NCBI GenBank assembly: GCA_021432655.1
Contig: MU271259.1
Coordinates: 96,753-116,752 of the forward strand
Direction of reading: 5' to 3'
DNA: 20,000 nt
Source of the DNA: Atractiella rhizophila
Lineage: Eukaryota
A program made the translations under genes and the position numbers. The notes under the pieces were generated by a model. It did no database searches, was not told the origin of the DNA, and saw only the letters and a list, made by a program, of their open reading frames with translations. This document shows positions 1-11,149 of this stretch, piece by piece (positions within the stretch are counted from its first letter, which is position 1; each line of letters opens with the position of its first letter).

Positions 1-832
1 TGCGTCGATTTGCTTGCACCAGCTACGACTTTAAGAAGGGCGGGGTCCCGTCTGAACCGTGTCTCTCGAAGTAACCAGCTGGTGATTTTGTGTGTGGCTG
101 CTCTTCTCGCGGACATATGGACGCGTTCAGCGCGTTCATCTCGTCAGTGTCGTTATCTTCCGTGACTCTCGTCCATTTCAGCAAACGACGCGCAGGGATG
201 CCGCCGACAGGCTGGTTTCTCCGGGATGATCAGCAGCCACACAAAAGTGCCAAAGTTCGAAGAGCAGAGTCAGACAGTTCATCAGATGGAAGTAGGTTGG
301 ACAGCCGGAGCGAGTGAAGCCATTTCCCTTCCTTATTTCCAGGACAAACGTAGCGCACGCAACCCCTAAAGCTTCGGTAACTACCTCGGGGATGGTATAA
401 AAAGGAACTCTCACCGAAGATATCTTCCCAATCTTTGGTCAGTCACGTCAAGGTACCACAGTACAGATTGTTCTTCATGGAGGGATTGCAAGTATGTCTG
501 TCTCTCTCACAATTGACTAGTCAAGCTGAGATGTATCCAGACTTTGAACATCACCAAATTCACTTCTGAAGGCTGTTGGTTGGGTTCAAGCAGTGATCCC
601 CACCTCGTTATACTTCGCTGGAACGCTTTGCAGGAATTTCTACTTCATAGCGACCTCAGTCTTCTCGACGACGACGATATCATTAAAAGAACCGCTTCAA
701 TCTTGAAGCAAAACCAAAAGCTGGATGGGACGGGTACGCTTTCATCAAAAATATTGATACTTTGCTTATTACCACTTAGCCAATCCTCTCAGCACCCCAA
801 AGACCTCCTCCTGCAGAGATGCCCATCTTTAA
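1..832 (+). pseudogene. Spliced gene-like remnant or hypothetical gene (5' part outside window) with in-frame stops
   Basis: Intron-like segments 292-342 (GTAGGT..CCAG), 492-540 (GTATGT..CCAG) and 734-779 (GTACGC..TTAG) join ORF 90-317, a frame reading WYKKELSPKISSQSLVSHVKVPQYRLFFMEGLQ, and ORF 544-846 in consistent phase, ending at TAA 830-832. TAG 351-353 and TAA 378-380 interrupt the frame. No recognisable domain. Confidence 0.3.
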
Positions 833-1656
833 CCAGTTATTTATGAGAACGGTGTAACATACATTATCAAGCGTCAGTTCTGTTACGACTCGTCATGCCA
901 TCGCAATGGTTTTATTGTAGTCTCGGCCGTCATTCTTGTGGAAGATGTTGCTGTTGCCTCTTATTCTTTTTTCTCATCCTAACACTTAAGAAAGGGGGAA
1001 TCCTTTGTTCTTTTCGCATGACGCCGTCGATGCATATGTGGACTACTAACTTGCCTCCAAGCCTAGTTTCGGTTGCCTCTGCTCTCGTGTCTCCCTGTAC
1101 CGGTTTTGGTTCTGTGCTCTCGTCTCAGCTGTTCACTCCATTGCAGGTGAAAGTGCAATGCCAATGAAACCGTCCCCTCGCGAAAGCACATGGACCCCAG
1201 AGTCAACTTGTGGCCCTTCGCCAAGTGTCACGATGCAATCATACAAGGTATAATGGGTCAGATTTCAATATCCTGGCTAGTGTAGATGACTGATGATTTA
1301 CAAATGTCTTGAAAGATCGCTCAAAAAGTCTCTTCTTCGTCTGCAACCTGATCACCTTCCGGAACCTCGAATCCTTCCTGCAGGTACATTCACCATCAAC
1401 GATATAATCTGTGGGGGTGTAATTAGAGGAGAAGACGGACCTCTGTACTGTAAAGGATGGCTTGGACGGATTTCAGGAATGTTTCCTCCTCCGCCGAGAC
1501 ACCTGCAGCTTCTAGTCGAGCACCAACCGAAATCTCAATATCTCGCAGCTAAAATCCAGCCACATCAGCCTACTGCGAATTCAGGAGGAGGAAGATGATA
1601 CTTTGTTAAAGTAGAAATCCCTCTCCTTCTCCAAGCCCTCCACATTGAGTTTCATC

Positions 1657-2087
1657 TCACTCATCTGATTTGTCAAGACCTGCAATGTCTCCGTTGAGAC
1701 ACCGGAGGAAGTACCAGCTTTCGTCGATCCTGCATAGGTATGAGTCCAAGTCCATCAATCTGTTACTTAGAATGGGACACACCAACGCCACGCTTAGCAG
1801 CCATCTTCGTACCTGTCCCTGCCGAACCAGTAGGTGATTTGGTGTGGACCGACCGCGAGAGTCCAGCGGATCCAGCTGCATCGTTGCGATCAGAAATCCT
1901 TCCAGAATCGATATGGCTGGCGCACCGTCCAAAGTTTGGCCTTTTCGACGGGACATCGGGTCATATTCGCCGCCCGGGAAGTGCATATCCCAGAATTTCT
2001 TAATCCACTGACAAAATTCAAGATTGTCTCTGTGATTTCGTCAGATAATAATACGTGAGGAAAGGGATCACGTACTGCATCTTGCAT
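1657..2087 (-). pseudogene. Possible degenerate F-box-like gene fragment
   Basis: ORF 1890-2087 starts with an F-box-like first helix (LSDEITETILNFV). Overlapping ORF 1657-1986, in another frame, contains WLLSVALVCP, resembling the second half of fungal F-box motifs. A frameshift is needed to join them; further broken coding-like sequence extends toward ~1240. Confidence 0.25.
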
Positions 2088-2708
2088 TTCATGAGTTTTT
2101 CGACAGGAATTGGCTAAAGAGGCAAAAAAAGCTCAGCTCATCAGGGTTTTCATACTCTTCGAATGCTACCACTGCCCATCTGAGATTACGCCCAATGGTC
2201 CACGTGGATATCGTCACACCACAACATTCAAGTGCTCTTTCGCCTCGCTGACCAGTCAATATAAGAGTGTACACACCTTGTCGATTTTATGCTTTCTAAA
2301 CGCTTCCTGCAGTTGCTTATAATTCTGAATGTACTCATACTCTTGCTTTGCGTTGAACTTGACTTTGCTCAAAGGTAGGTCTTGGAATATGGAATCGATG
2401 ATCTGAACGTAGGCGGCACCTTTACCGCGAGAAATTATTCAGACGACTCGATGGCACAATCGCGGCGTACCAGTTCCCAACTGCTCAATTTTGGTGACCC
2501 CTAAATCCAAAAGGTCATTAACCCATGCTATGAGTTCAGTTCTTGATTCTCCCATCGCGTAGAATGCTCAAATGGCGCGTAGAGTTGAGGGAGGAGATGG
2601 AAGTTGTTGCTGATGATCAAGTTTTGGGTTCCGAACAGCCGCCCGCCAGGCTGAGTGAAGTCTTTCGGCGCGCTTTCCAGTCTTGAAGTTTTGCTGGCTA
2701 TTGTCAGA

Positions 2709-3767
2709 ATGGAATCAGAAGTGGCCGAGATTCAGCTTATACGAGCTTCCGTCCCTTCTGCAGAAGAGTTCTGGTGGTCGGAAGCAATGGATTCGACGCA
2801 AGTTGCAATGTGGCAGGCATGCATGTCTCTGCTTTGATAATTTAGCTAATGTTGCTCCAGAAAGCGACTTCACCTGATGGAGACGGTGATTACGACGAAA
2901 ATGCTCTCGGAATTCCATCGTTCAAGATATTACTGAGCTCCAAATCTGCAATCTATCTGCGAGTCAATGGATATCGCATGCGTCCATTCTCCCTGGAATC
3001 TTCGATTTCTGGGAACGAAATTGGTCGAGAAGATCAAAGAAAACTTGGTTATTTCCTGCAGGATCTGGTTGCAGAAGCAAAGAGCGAAATCTGTGCTCTC
3101 TTCCTCAACGCAAGAGGATCCAACTTATTGTTGTGCTAGCAGAGTCCTCCTTTCCCCTTTTTGACATTATAATGCGCCTAAGAGAGTATCTGAGTGATAA
3201 TCCAATTATTCCAACTACTGAAAGCGCTCCATCTATCACCGCTTCAGCTTCAACATTTACTCCTCTGGCTGAAATCAACAGGTCAAAATTGGTTCTCTTT
3301 TGGTCCCATCATCTTCTCGCAACTTCGAAGCGCAAGTCAATAGTTGATTGGTGCGATGAGCTAGGTCTTTGGGGTGTTGCAAAGCCAGGGTGCGTGGACG
3401 TGGCATTTCTCATGTTTGGCCTAACTCAAGTTAGCTGTAAGCAGGTATCCTGGTGTGATTCTTGTGGAAGGGAAACGTGATGTGTTAGTTGATGAATTCG
3501 TGAACCGAATAAAAGTCCGCCTGTTTCCCTCTGTTATTCCGACAATGATAATAATTGAATACTGTAAAGAGACTTCAATGGAAGGCCTTACAAGTCCGAT
3601 GTGAGGAACACGATCGCAGTACCCGACTCGCAGACGAAGTCAAGGCGAGAACACCAACGGAAAGACCGCGCTCTATCGAAGTTGAAACTATGGGGGAGAT
3701 GGCGGAGTTGATGAAGAGAGCCCAGCTTGAAGATGTATTCCTAACTGCAATGAAGCTGTCAAAGTAA
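2709..3767 (+). CDS. RWD-domain / DUF1115 protein (RWDD2A/2B-like), about 5 coding exons
   Basis: Spliced product MESEVAEIQLIRAS...LFDIIMRLREYL...LFWSHHLLATSKRKSIVDWCDELGLWGVAKPG|YPGVILVEG...DEFVNRIK|RLQWKALQVRCEE...LEDVFLTAMKLSK*. SHH...KRK...W..EL.L.G..KPG.PG...VEG...W is the DUF1115 signature. Introns ~2817-2860, 3093-3139, 3390-3444, 3515-3569. Start uncertain (ATG 2709, or an upstream exon from ATG 2597). Confidence 0.85.
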
Positions 3768-3976
3768 CTTTTTGACTAGTCTACGTCTCATGTGATTAGG
3801 TTCCTTCAGAGCACACCACTTTCTTGCGACTCTGTTCGTTTCAGACAGGGACGGTCATAGGAAACGAACGAGGAGATCTAATTGCAATCGCTGACAATAA
3901 TGTTGACAAGCAATGCAAGAACCTTCGCAAAAGGAAAGGTGAAGACATCTCTACGAGCTAAATCAGGATGCAAAGG

Positions 3977-6900
3977 TTAATCCGCTCCGTCCTGTACCAG
4001 AAGAGACTTCATTACTTGGACAACCGAAGTCTCCGAAATGTCTGGTCGTTATTAAGCAAAGGGCGACGGGGAGTAGAGACAGGCTCACCGTTAATCGAAC
4101 CGTATTCGAATCGGTCTCGTAATTCTGCATCAAGCAATTTCCTACATTCACGTAAGACTGAGATGGCGTCTGTTACGCGACTTACCGCAGTTGATTAACC
4201 AGTACACCGATTCGACTCCAGGCGCTAATTTGACATATTTTATTCGCGATTCTTTCTGAACGGAAGAGAAATTACCGGAAGCGAATAAAATCGTCTCTTT
4301 CATTCTTTCCTGTTACAACGAGACCACCGCCGGTGATGTCCACCCTCCTCAATTTGCCGCCGAACAAGAGGACTCCATAAGTAGGTACCTACAGAACCTC
4401 AATGGGTCGTATTGGCAAAGGTGAGGATACACACCTCTGTCCCATCTCTCAGGAAAGGTTTCGTTGTCACGGACTTGGAAAAATATGTCAAGAAGGGTGA
4501 TCCGTAGTTGACGAAACTGAACATTGTCGAAGCGGGGTGGAGGAAAACGCGTTCTGATCTTGCGCTCAGACAGAGTTGGGCATCAATCGGCTGCTCACCT
4601 TCGCGCTCGAACACTTTTACTTCACGACTCTCCATTTCTTTGGCTAAGTTGCCGCCCGCGCTCTTTTCGAATTTTAGATTAGGTAGCTTTACTTTGCAGA
4701 GCTTCATGAATCCTGCAAGTTTGTCAGTATCTGAAATATAAAGATTATGATCACAGGAGAAAATTCTCACCAAGACCTGCAAAGATAATACTTTTCAACA
4801 AGTTCTCCTCTGCAGATGCAATTGATTTGGTTGAACTAGAACCCTTCAATGGTGAGTTAGAAATATTTTCAAATGCTTGCAGAAACTCCTGGCGAAGAGT
4901 TCCAATGTCGCGTATGGCTGAAATTGAGATAAAATTCTGCGCACAGGTAGCCGCATCAGCCGAAGTATCGTAAGGCGGTGAAAAGAGTCCAACCTCATCA
5001 CAGAACCGACGCATGCCGGCCATTCCTGCTTCCCTACGTATTCGCATCGCTTCATTATAAGCCTGCACGTCAGTCAAGAGGTCACTATTTCCTCTGAAAA
5101 ACTTCATCCGCGCGCTGCAAGGATGTCAGTATTCACAATGAAAAGACGGGGGGACTCACGCTTTGGCTTCATCTCGAGCCTCCATAGGGTTGTTAAACAG
5201 CGGCTTGTTCGACAAAATTGCCGCAACGGTGAGGATCTAGCCCCCCTTTCGGTTTCAGATAGCTTTCAATGGAAGTGTTTCGACGAACAGGATCGAGACA
5301 ACCAAATATCGAAGCGAGCAGCAGCATCTGATCCCAGTCTGAGGCATGTCACCAAATGGGCAATATGGGACACGTACCTTTCCAAGTCTCAAATCAACGG
5401 GAAGCAAGGCAAGATAAGTCCCCATCGGCGTCAACCGTGCGCTCATCCCGCCATCCTCGACAGCACCGACTAGCTCAAGGGTCTCCCAAGCAACATCAAT
5501 AGCTTTTGCCTCAGGAGGGTCAAGAACCAGCGACAGATATTCTTTGACATCCACGTCTTCCCGCATGGATTTTATTTGCAAACAAAGATTCTCGAGAGGC
5601 ATCCTCAAAATTTCGGGTATCGATTGTGGAAGCATGACAGTTTCGGCTGTCCAGTGTGAGAAGAGCTTGTAACACACCCCCGGTTGGGTCCGTCCAGCCC
5701 GTCCGCGACGCTGTTTTGAAGCGGCAAGTGAAGTCCAACCTTCCACGAGCCTTGTTACGCTGCTGTTAGGATCGAACTTCGTCTCCTTCACACGACCCGT
5801 GTCAACAACGTAGACAATATCGTCGATCGCTGTGCAAGAGAGTCAGTTTCTGGTGCGCAAATCTATCAGTTCTTCACTTATTGATGTCTCCGCTATATTG
5901 GTTGCGCATACAATCTTAACACAACCAGGAGGCAAAGATTTAAAGACCTCTACTTGCTCAGCGCTTGAAAGATTCGAATGAAGTGGAAAAACTCTATAGT
6001 TGCGATTTCCGAGTCGAGACTTGATTGTATCTATCGCCATTTTGATTTCGGCGACTCCTGGCAGGAAGCAGAGGATCCCGCCAGTTCTAGTGTCCTCTTT
6101 CGACGTCTGTTGAGAGACAATGTGATGAACAAGGCTCCCAAGCAATTCGTAATCCGTCTTCTCGTAGCGCACCAGGTTCTCTAAAACGTTCAGGGCTTTC
6201 ACATCTTCTATGCCGTGTCGTTGAAAGCTCGAGCGCATTCTTTCGATTTCCGGTTGCGACAATTTGCTGGCTGGTTTCGCAGAAGTGTGATGATAAGAAG
6301 TGATGCGAATAACATCTTCTAAGTGGAAATCTTGTACCGGGTGTGTGAATCCTGAGCGCTAATCAGGTAGTTTTATGGCATGAGACAGCAGCCATACCAG
6401 GAATAGTAATGCAAGGAGCGCCACCAAAGTAGTCAGAAAAGAACTGCTGATTAATAGTCGCGGACATCTGCATGAAAAAATCAGGGAATGACCTTAGTGA
6501 TAAGGAGTGATGGTAAGGAGGTACCAGAATGATTTTGAGTTTGCTGTTCCGTTTCAACATTTCTCGCAATTCAAGCAACAAGAAATCTGAGTCCGTGGAT
6601 CTGTATTTTTTGTGTCAAGAAGGAACTAAGAGTGGCAATGACCGGACCTCTCATGAACTTCGTCGACAAACACATGGCTGACACCGTCCAAGTTGATATC
6701 ACCTCCTCTTCCGAGCCTAGCGAGTAAGACACCAGTTGTACAGAACAATAATCGACACCCTTTCCCTGATTTCTTCTCACCTCGGATACTGTATCCCACG
6801 AGAGAGGAGTGGGAAATGCGGTTGATGTCTTCGTCAAGCTCTTGAGCTACCCTAGTGGCCACACCTAAGGCGAATGAGAGAGCTGGCGCTGAGACCAGAG

Positions 6901-9095
6901 GAACGTACCAATAGCAGACACTCTACGAGGTTGTGTACAGATCATAGATGTTGCGGCACCCTGATTCGAAAGAATCGCGTTCTCCAAGATGTAAGAGGGA
7001 ACCTAGTAGCTGTTAGCGATGTTCAGACAAAATCATGCTGAGTTACTTGGGTGGTTTTGCCCGAGCCAGTATCACCTGCAATGATAACTACTCGGTTTTT
7101 CAGGACAGCCTCAATAATTTCCTGCTTCGTCTTCCACGCCGGAAGCTTTTTGCGCACATCGAGCATTTTCAACCAAGCTGATCGCCCCTTCCTCTCACTC
7201 CAATCCCTAAGCAGTCTAGTACTCTCTGCTCCAACATCTTCAACCGTTTCGAACTCTTTCTTCCATCTTCGTTGAGATTTCCTCTCTCCTCCATTGACGC
7301 TGCGGGACGTAGGGAGGAATGAAAATTTTTTCTGTCCGTAAAAGGGTTCAAAGACTTTTCGTGCATCGATCGGAGGATAAGCTATGACGGAATCCACGAT
7401 GGTGTCAAGGGTATCTACTAGTTCAGTGATTATTCCTCCTTGCCCCAGCGCGATGATATCTCTAAACGACTCATCCTCGTTGAGTTTTCGCAGGAGAATA
7501 AAGGTGATGTGGACCTTGATGTAAGCGGGAAGAGAGGAGGAATATACGTAGAAAGACGGTGAGACATTCGGTGCAGGATAATTGGTATGGAAGATGCGAA
7601 GTGAGATATCGTCCTTCCCACGAAGTTTCTTCTTCCCTATTGGAGACTTGATGATGATTTCGAACACGTCCGATTCGTTCTCTATGACCCGATCATCCGC
7701 TAGAAGGCTCTTAACGATCTCCCTTTCGCCTTCCCACAGTGCGTCCTCCACTTTTTCCTCCCCTCCCAACTCCTCCGTCGCAACCATCATCCTGCCCAGC
7801 CTAGCGTATGCGAGACCTTCTAATTCCGGCACTTCCGCTTCATCCCTCGCCAATGACAGATCTTTCAGTACGCTCTCTATGACGTCGATAGGGAATCCAG
7901 ACTCTTTGTTCATGCGATCCGCCAGCCATCCAAGGGCCAACGCTTTCGCGTCACCGGATTGAAATAGCCTGACTTTGTTCTCCGTTGGTCGATGAGCTCT
8001 GAAAGCGACAGGAAGGTCCTCTTCTGGAACGTGCGTTTGGAGGTGGACTAGTGCTGCTTCCCGCATCGCCTTTTGGTCTTGACTTTCTCTTTTAGCAGAT
8101 TGAATAGCAGCATCTACTTGACCTGCAACACACAATAAGCTTTGTCTCCTTGTTAAATGTTGAAGCAATTCTCGCCTAACCGAAATCCCATGCCCAGCAA
8201 CTCGTTTGATAACTGCGTCGTCTCGTTACTCTTTTCCTCTCCATCATCCTCCAGCTCGTCGTCTACTTCGTCCCCAATCCTCTCCCTTTCACGACTAATG
8301 AGTTCCTCCACCATATCCCTCAACCCAGGTGACATATGGACAACCGGCGCATCTTCCCACCGTTTCGGCAGCGGTTTCTCTCGCTGAGGTCCTGATGTAC
8401 CTTCAGTCTGAGATTGAGGTGTCCCGGAAGTTTGGGAAGGCTTTGCAGCATTGGCACTGGCTGCTGCAAAAGGATCCGTAGACCAAAGCCATTCGAGGTG
8501 TTTCGGAGTTGTCTTCTTTTCTGCTTCGAGCAAGGCCCAATAAGGTCGACAGACTGGAGGAAGCGTCAGAGAGAGTCGTAGATTGTTGGCGAAGCGGAAT
8601 AGTGCATAAATCTGTTCCAACATCTCAACCCTGGAAATTGTGGAAGCAAGAACATACGGCACCCCAATGACGAGCTTCTAGAGCGGTTTCTTTCTCTATC
8701 TACTCAGGAAATAAATAATGTGATTAGCTCGACCTGCAGGAAACTCGCACTCTAATAGGGGACTCTCCTCCAGGCGGCCGCAAAACCACTTCTTCCAAAT
8801 TCTTCGTCTTAGGATTCATCTTTCGAAGAGTCACAACTGCTGTGAACCCCTTCCCTCCAGGCAGTCGCTTTGAATCTACAACGGCGGACTGCCAACCCTG
8901 CTTTTGACATCTTTCCTACGTCGTAGCAAATTAGGCTCCATTTCAGTATTCCAGTAAGTATATGGATTGATTTACGTTGAGCAAGGACATAGGAGTCTTG
9001 TAACCAGCCGGGAAGAGTCGAGCAGGAGATGGAGCCGTTGAAGACTCTGCTGCTGCTGATGCTGGCTCTGGGCCGTTTTTCGACGGTTTGACCAT
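3977..9095 (-). CDS. ATP-dependent DExH-box RNA helicase, DHX57/YLR419W/Ucp12-like (N-terminal dsRBD-like, UBA-like and RWD-like regions; helicase core, HA2, OB fold), ~18 introns
   Basis: Motifs GDTGSGKTTQ (I), TQPRRVSA (Ia), FCTTGVLL (Ib), DEVHER (II), MSAT (III), FLPG (IV), LHS, ATNIAETSITIDD (V), QRRGRAGR (VI), PEILR, LPVDLRLGKM (HA2), VFLHPAS, WSRIGVLVNQLR. N-terminus MVKPSKNG...KTPMSLLNERCQKQGW...TALEARHWGA; C-terminus ...VMKSLLVQDGAD* (TAA 3979-3977). Confidence 0.93.
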
Positions 9096-9434
9096 GTTTG
9101 AAATGCGTGTCAGTTGTTGAATCGATTATTTCGACGTCAGTGCAATCTGTTCAGCAGCTTCTGCGATTGAGCTCAAGGAAATCAACAACGGAAATTTGTG
9201 TTGCATTCTATCTCGCAATCTCGAGTCAAGCAGTTGTAGTTCCCATTGTAGTTTTGCTGCTGCTGCCTGGACTAAGCTTTTATCTTCTCGGCTACCCCGG
9301 ATTCTTTGCTCAGCCGGATGTCCCGCGGGAGAACTTGATCGAGAGAGCATAAAACATTCTCCCTTTCATTCTCAAGTTCTCTCTTCCACCACTTACCACC
9401 ATCCCTCCTCACAAGCAGAATAACACCATAAAAC
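9096..9434. promoter_or_regulatory. Shared divergent promoter/5'UTR region between helicase and thiolase (339 bp)
   Basis: Head-to-head start codons at 9095 (-) and 9435 (+). Pyrimidine-rich tract ~9357-9410 upstream of the thiolase ATG, typical of fungal core promoters/5'UTRs. Confidence 0.55.
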
Positions 9435-11149
9435 ATGTCTGGGCTCTCGAATTTTGTATCCTCAGTCACTGGCTTGGGCTCACCTGTCGCGAAATTGACG
9501 GCAAAAAACAAAGATGATGGTATGCAGTCTCAGCATTTTCGGCAAGCCACTCTGCTGACATAGAGTAACAGTGGTCATTACAATGGCTCTGAGATCCCCT
9601 CTTTGCAAAGCGAAGAAGGGAGGATTTAAGGATATGGCTGGTGAAGAGCTCCTAGCCTCTTTCTTTGAGGCCATTATTCCCAAGCTTGGTGTCGCCACTG
9701 AATTAGTTGAAGATATTGTGGTCGGTGAGTATCCTGCTCTCTATCGTGGTAGTTTCCTTACAGACTGTGTGAAGGAACCGTACTGCCCCCTGGTGCGACT
9801 TATAGGGCTAGAGCAGCTATGCTAAGCGGTCAGTCGTTTCGCTTTGAGAATTTGCGGATCATTTCATTGAATTTTTTTCATTCTTTTGCGCAGCTGGATG
9901 GCCGGAGACGACTGGAGTGCAAACCATCAACCGATTTTGCAGCTCTGGATTGATGGCAGTGAGCAGCATTTCCAATGCCATCAGGAATGACGAAATTGAA
10001 GTGTGAGCTCTCTTCTTTCACCTGAACGACATGATGGAGCTTAGAAGCTTGTCAGCGGTCTGGCAGTTGGATTCGAGAGCATGAGCGCTTTTCCGGATAG
10101 GGGAGCGAGCGAAATGAGCAAGGATGTGCTCCAACATCAACTTGCCAAAGACGCTGCAATGGTGCGTGCTTCTTCCTGCACATATCCTGATCCTTACCGC
10201 AATATCGTAGCCTATGGGTTGGACATCAGAGAACGTCGCAGGAGATTTCAAGATTACGCGTCGAAGAATGGATGAGCTAGCGGCGCTTTCTTACCAGCGT
10301 GCAGAGAAGGCACAAAAGGAGGGCATCTTCGACGCCGAAATTGTTCCCGTTCAAGCATACACCAAAGATGCTGGTTCGTATCCTTTGCACTACAAACCGA
10401 TTTACATACTGACTCTCCAAGATAGATGGCAACAAGAAAAGCACGTTGGTTACGAAGGATGACGGCATCCGTTACGGAACTACGGTTGAGTCTCTCTTGA
10501 AGATTCGACCCGCCTTCCCCCAGTGGGCACCTGCGCAAACTACCGGCGGAAACGCCTCCCAGTTGACAGATGGAGCTGCAGCTGTCCTGATGATGAAACG
10601 ATCCAAGGCTGAAGCATTAGGCCTCCCCATTCTGGCCAAGCACGTTGCTACTTCAACAGTGGGATTGAGCCCTAGGATCATGGGTATTGGACCAAGCGTG
10701 GCTATCCCTAAGGTGCTGAAGAGGACAGGGTTGAAGATGGAAGACATCGATTTATTCGAGGTTAACGAAGCTTTCACGAGTATGGTGAGGGTTTAAGCCC
10801 CAGGCTGAACGATTAACTTAATCGGGAGCTCAGTATGCCTACATGGTTGACATTTTTGGATGTCCATTGGAAAAGAGTGCGTCCGCGACCTTTGTCTTCT
10901 TACTTTTCGGCTCATTCTGAATAGCCAACGTGAACGGCGGTGCAACCGCTCTGGGACACCCTTTGGGGACAACCGGAGCTAGACAAGTCGCGACTGGTTT
11001 GAACGAGATCCGAAGGAGGAAAGGCAAGATTCTTTGCACAAGCATGTGTATTGGAACTGGGTAACCTCTCGTTTCTTTAACTGACATCGAATTCTGACAT
11101 CTTTTTCTGCAGCATGGGAGCAGCAGCCATATTCGTTGCTGAATATTAG
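9435..11149 (+). CDS. POT1: 3-ketoacyl-CoA thiolase (acetyl-CoA C-acyltransferase, POT1/FOX3-type), 9 introns
   Basis: Spliced product MSGLSNFV...[23 protein letters not shown]...INRFCSSGL (catalytic Cys)...GFESMS...[10 protein letters not shown]...[16 protein letters not shown]...MGIGP...EVNEAF...[19 protein letters not shown] (His)...[18 protein letters not shown] (second Cys). In-frame TAA at 9429-9431 precedes the ATG. Confidence 0.95.

Noticed and set aside
351..380. Stop-codon recoding or A-to-I editing as the explanation for the in-frame stops
   Set aside because: Neighbouring genes use TAA, TAG and TGA as normal stops, TAA would need two edits, and the frame has no recognisable conserved domain.
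9047..9063. Short (CTG)n runs (also 9256-9267)
   Set aside because: Only 3-4 units; the first encodes a small Ala tract in the helicase N-terminus.
9126..9511. Short minus-strand ORFs (9126-9350, 9272-9511) in the divergent spacer
   Set aside because: No recognisable motifs; they overlap promoter/UTR space and the antisense of thiolase exon 1, so probably spurious.
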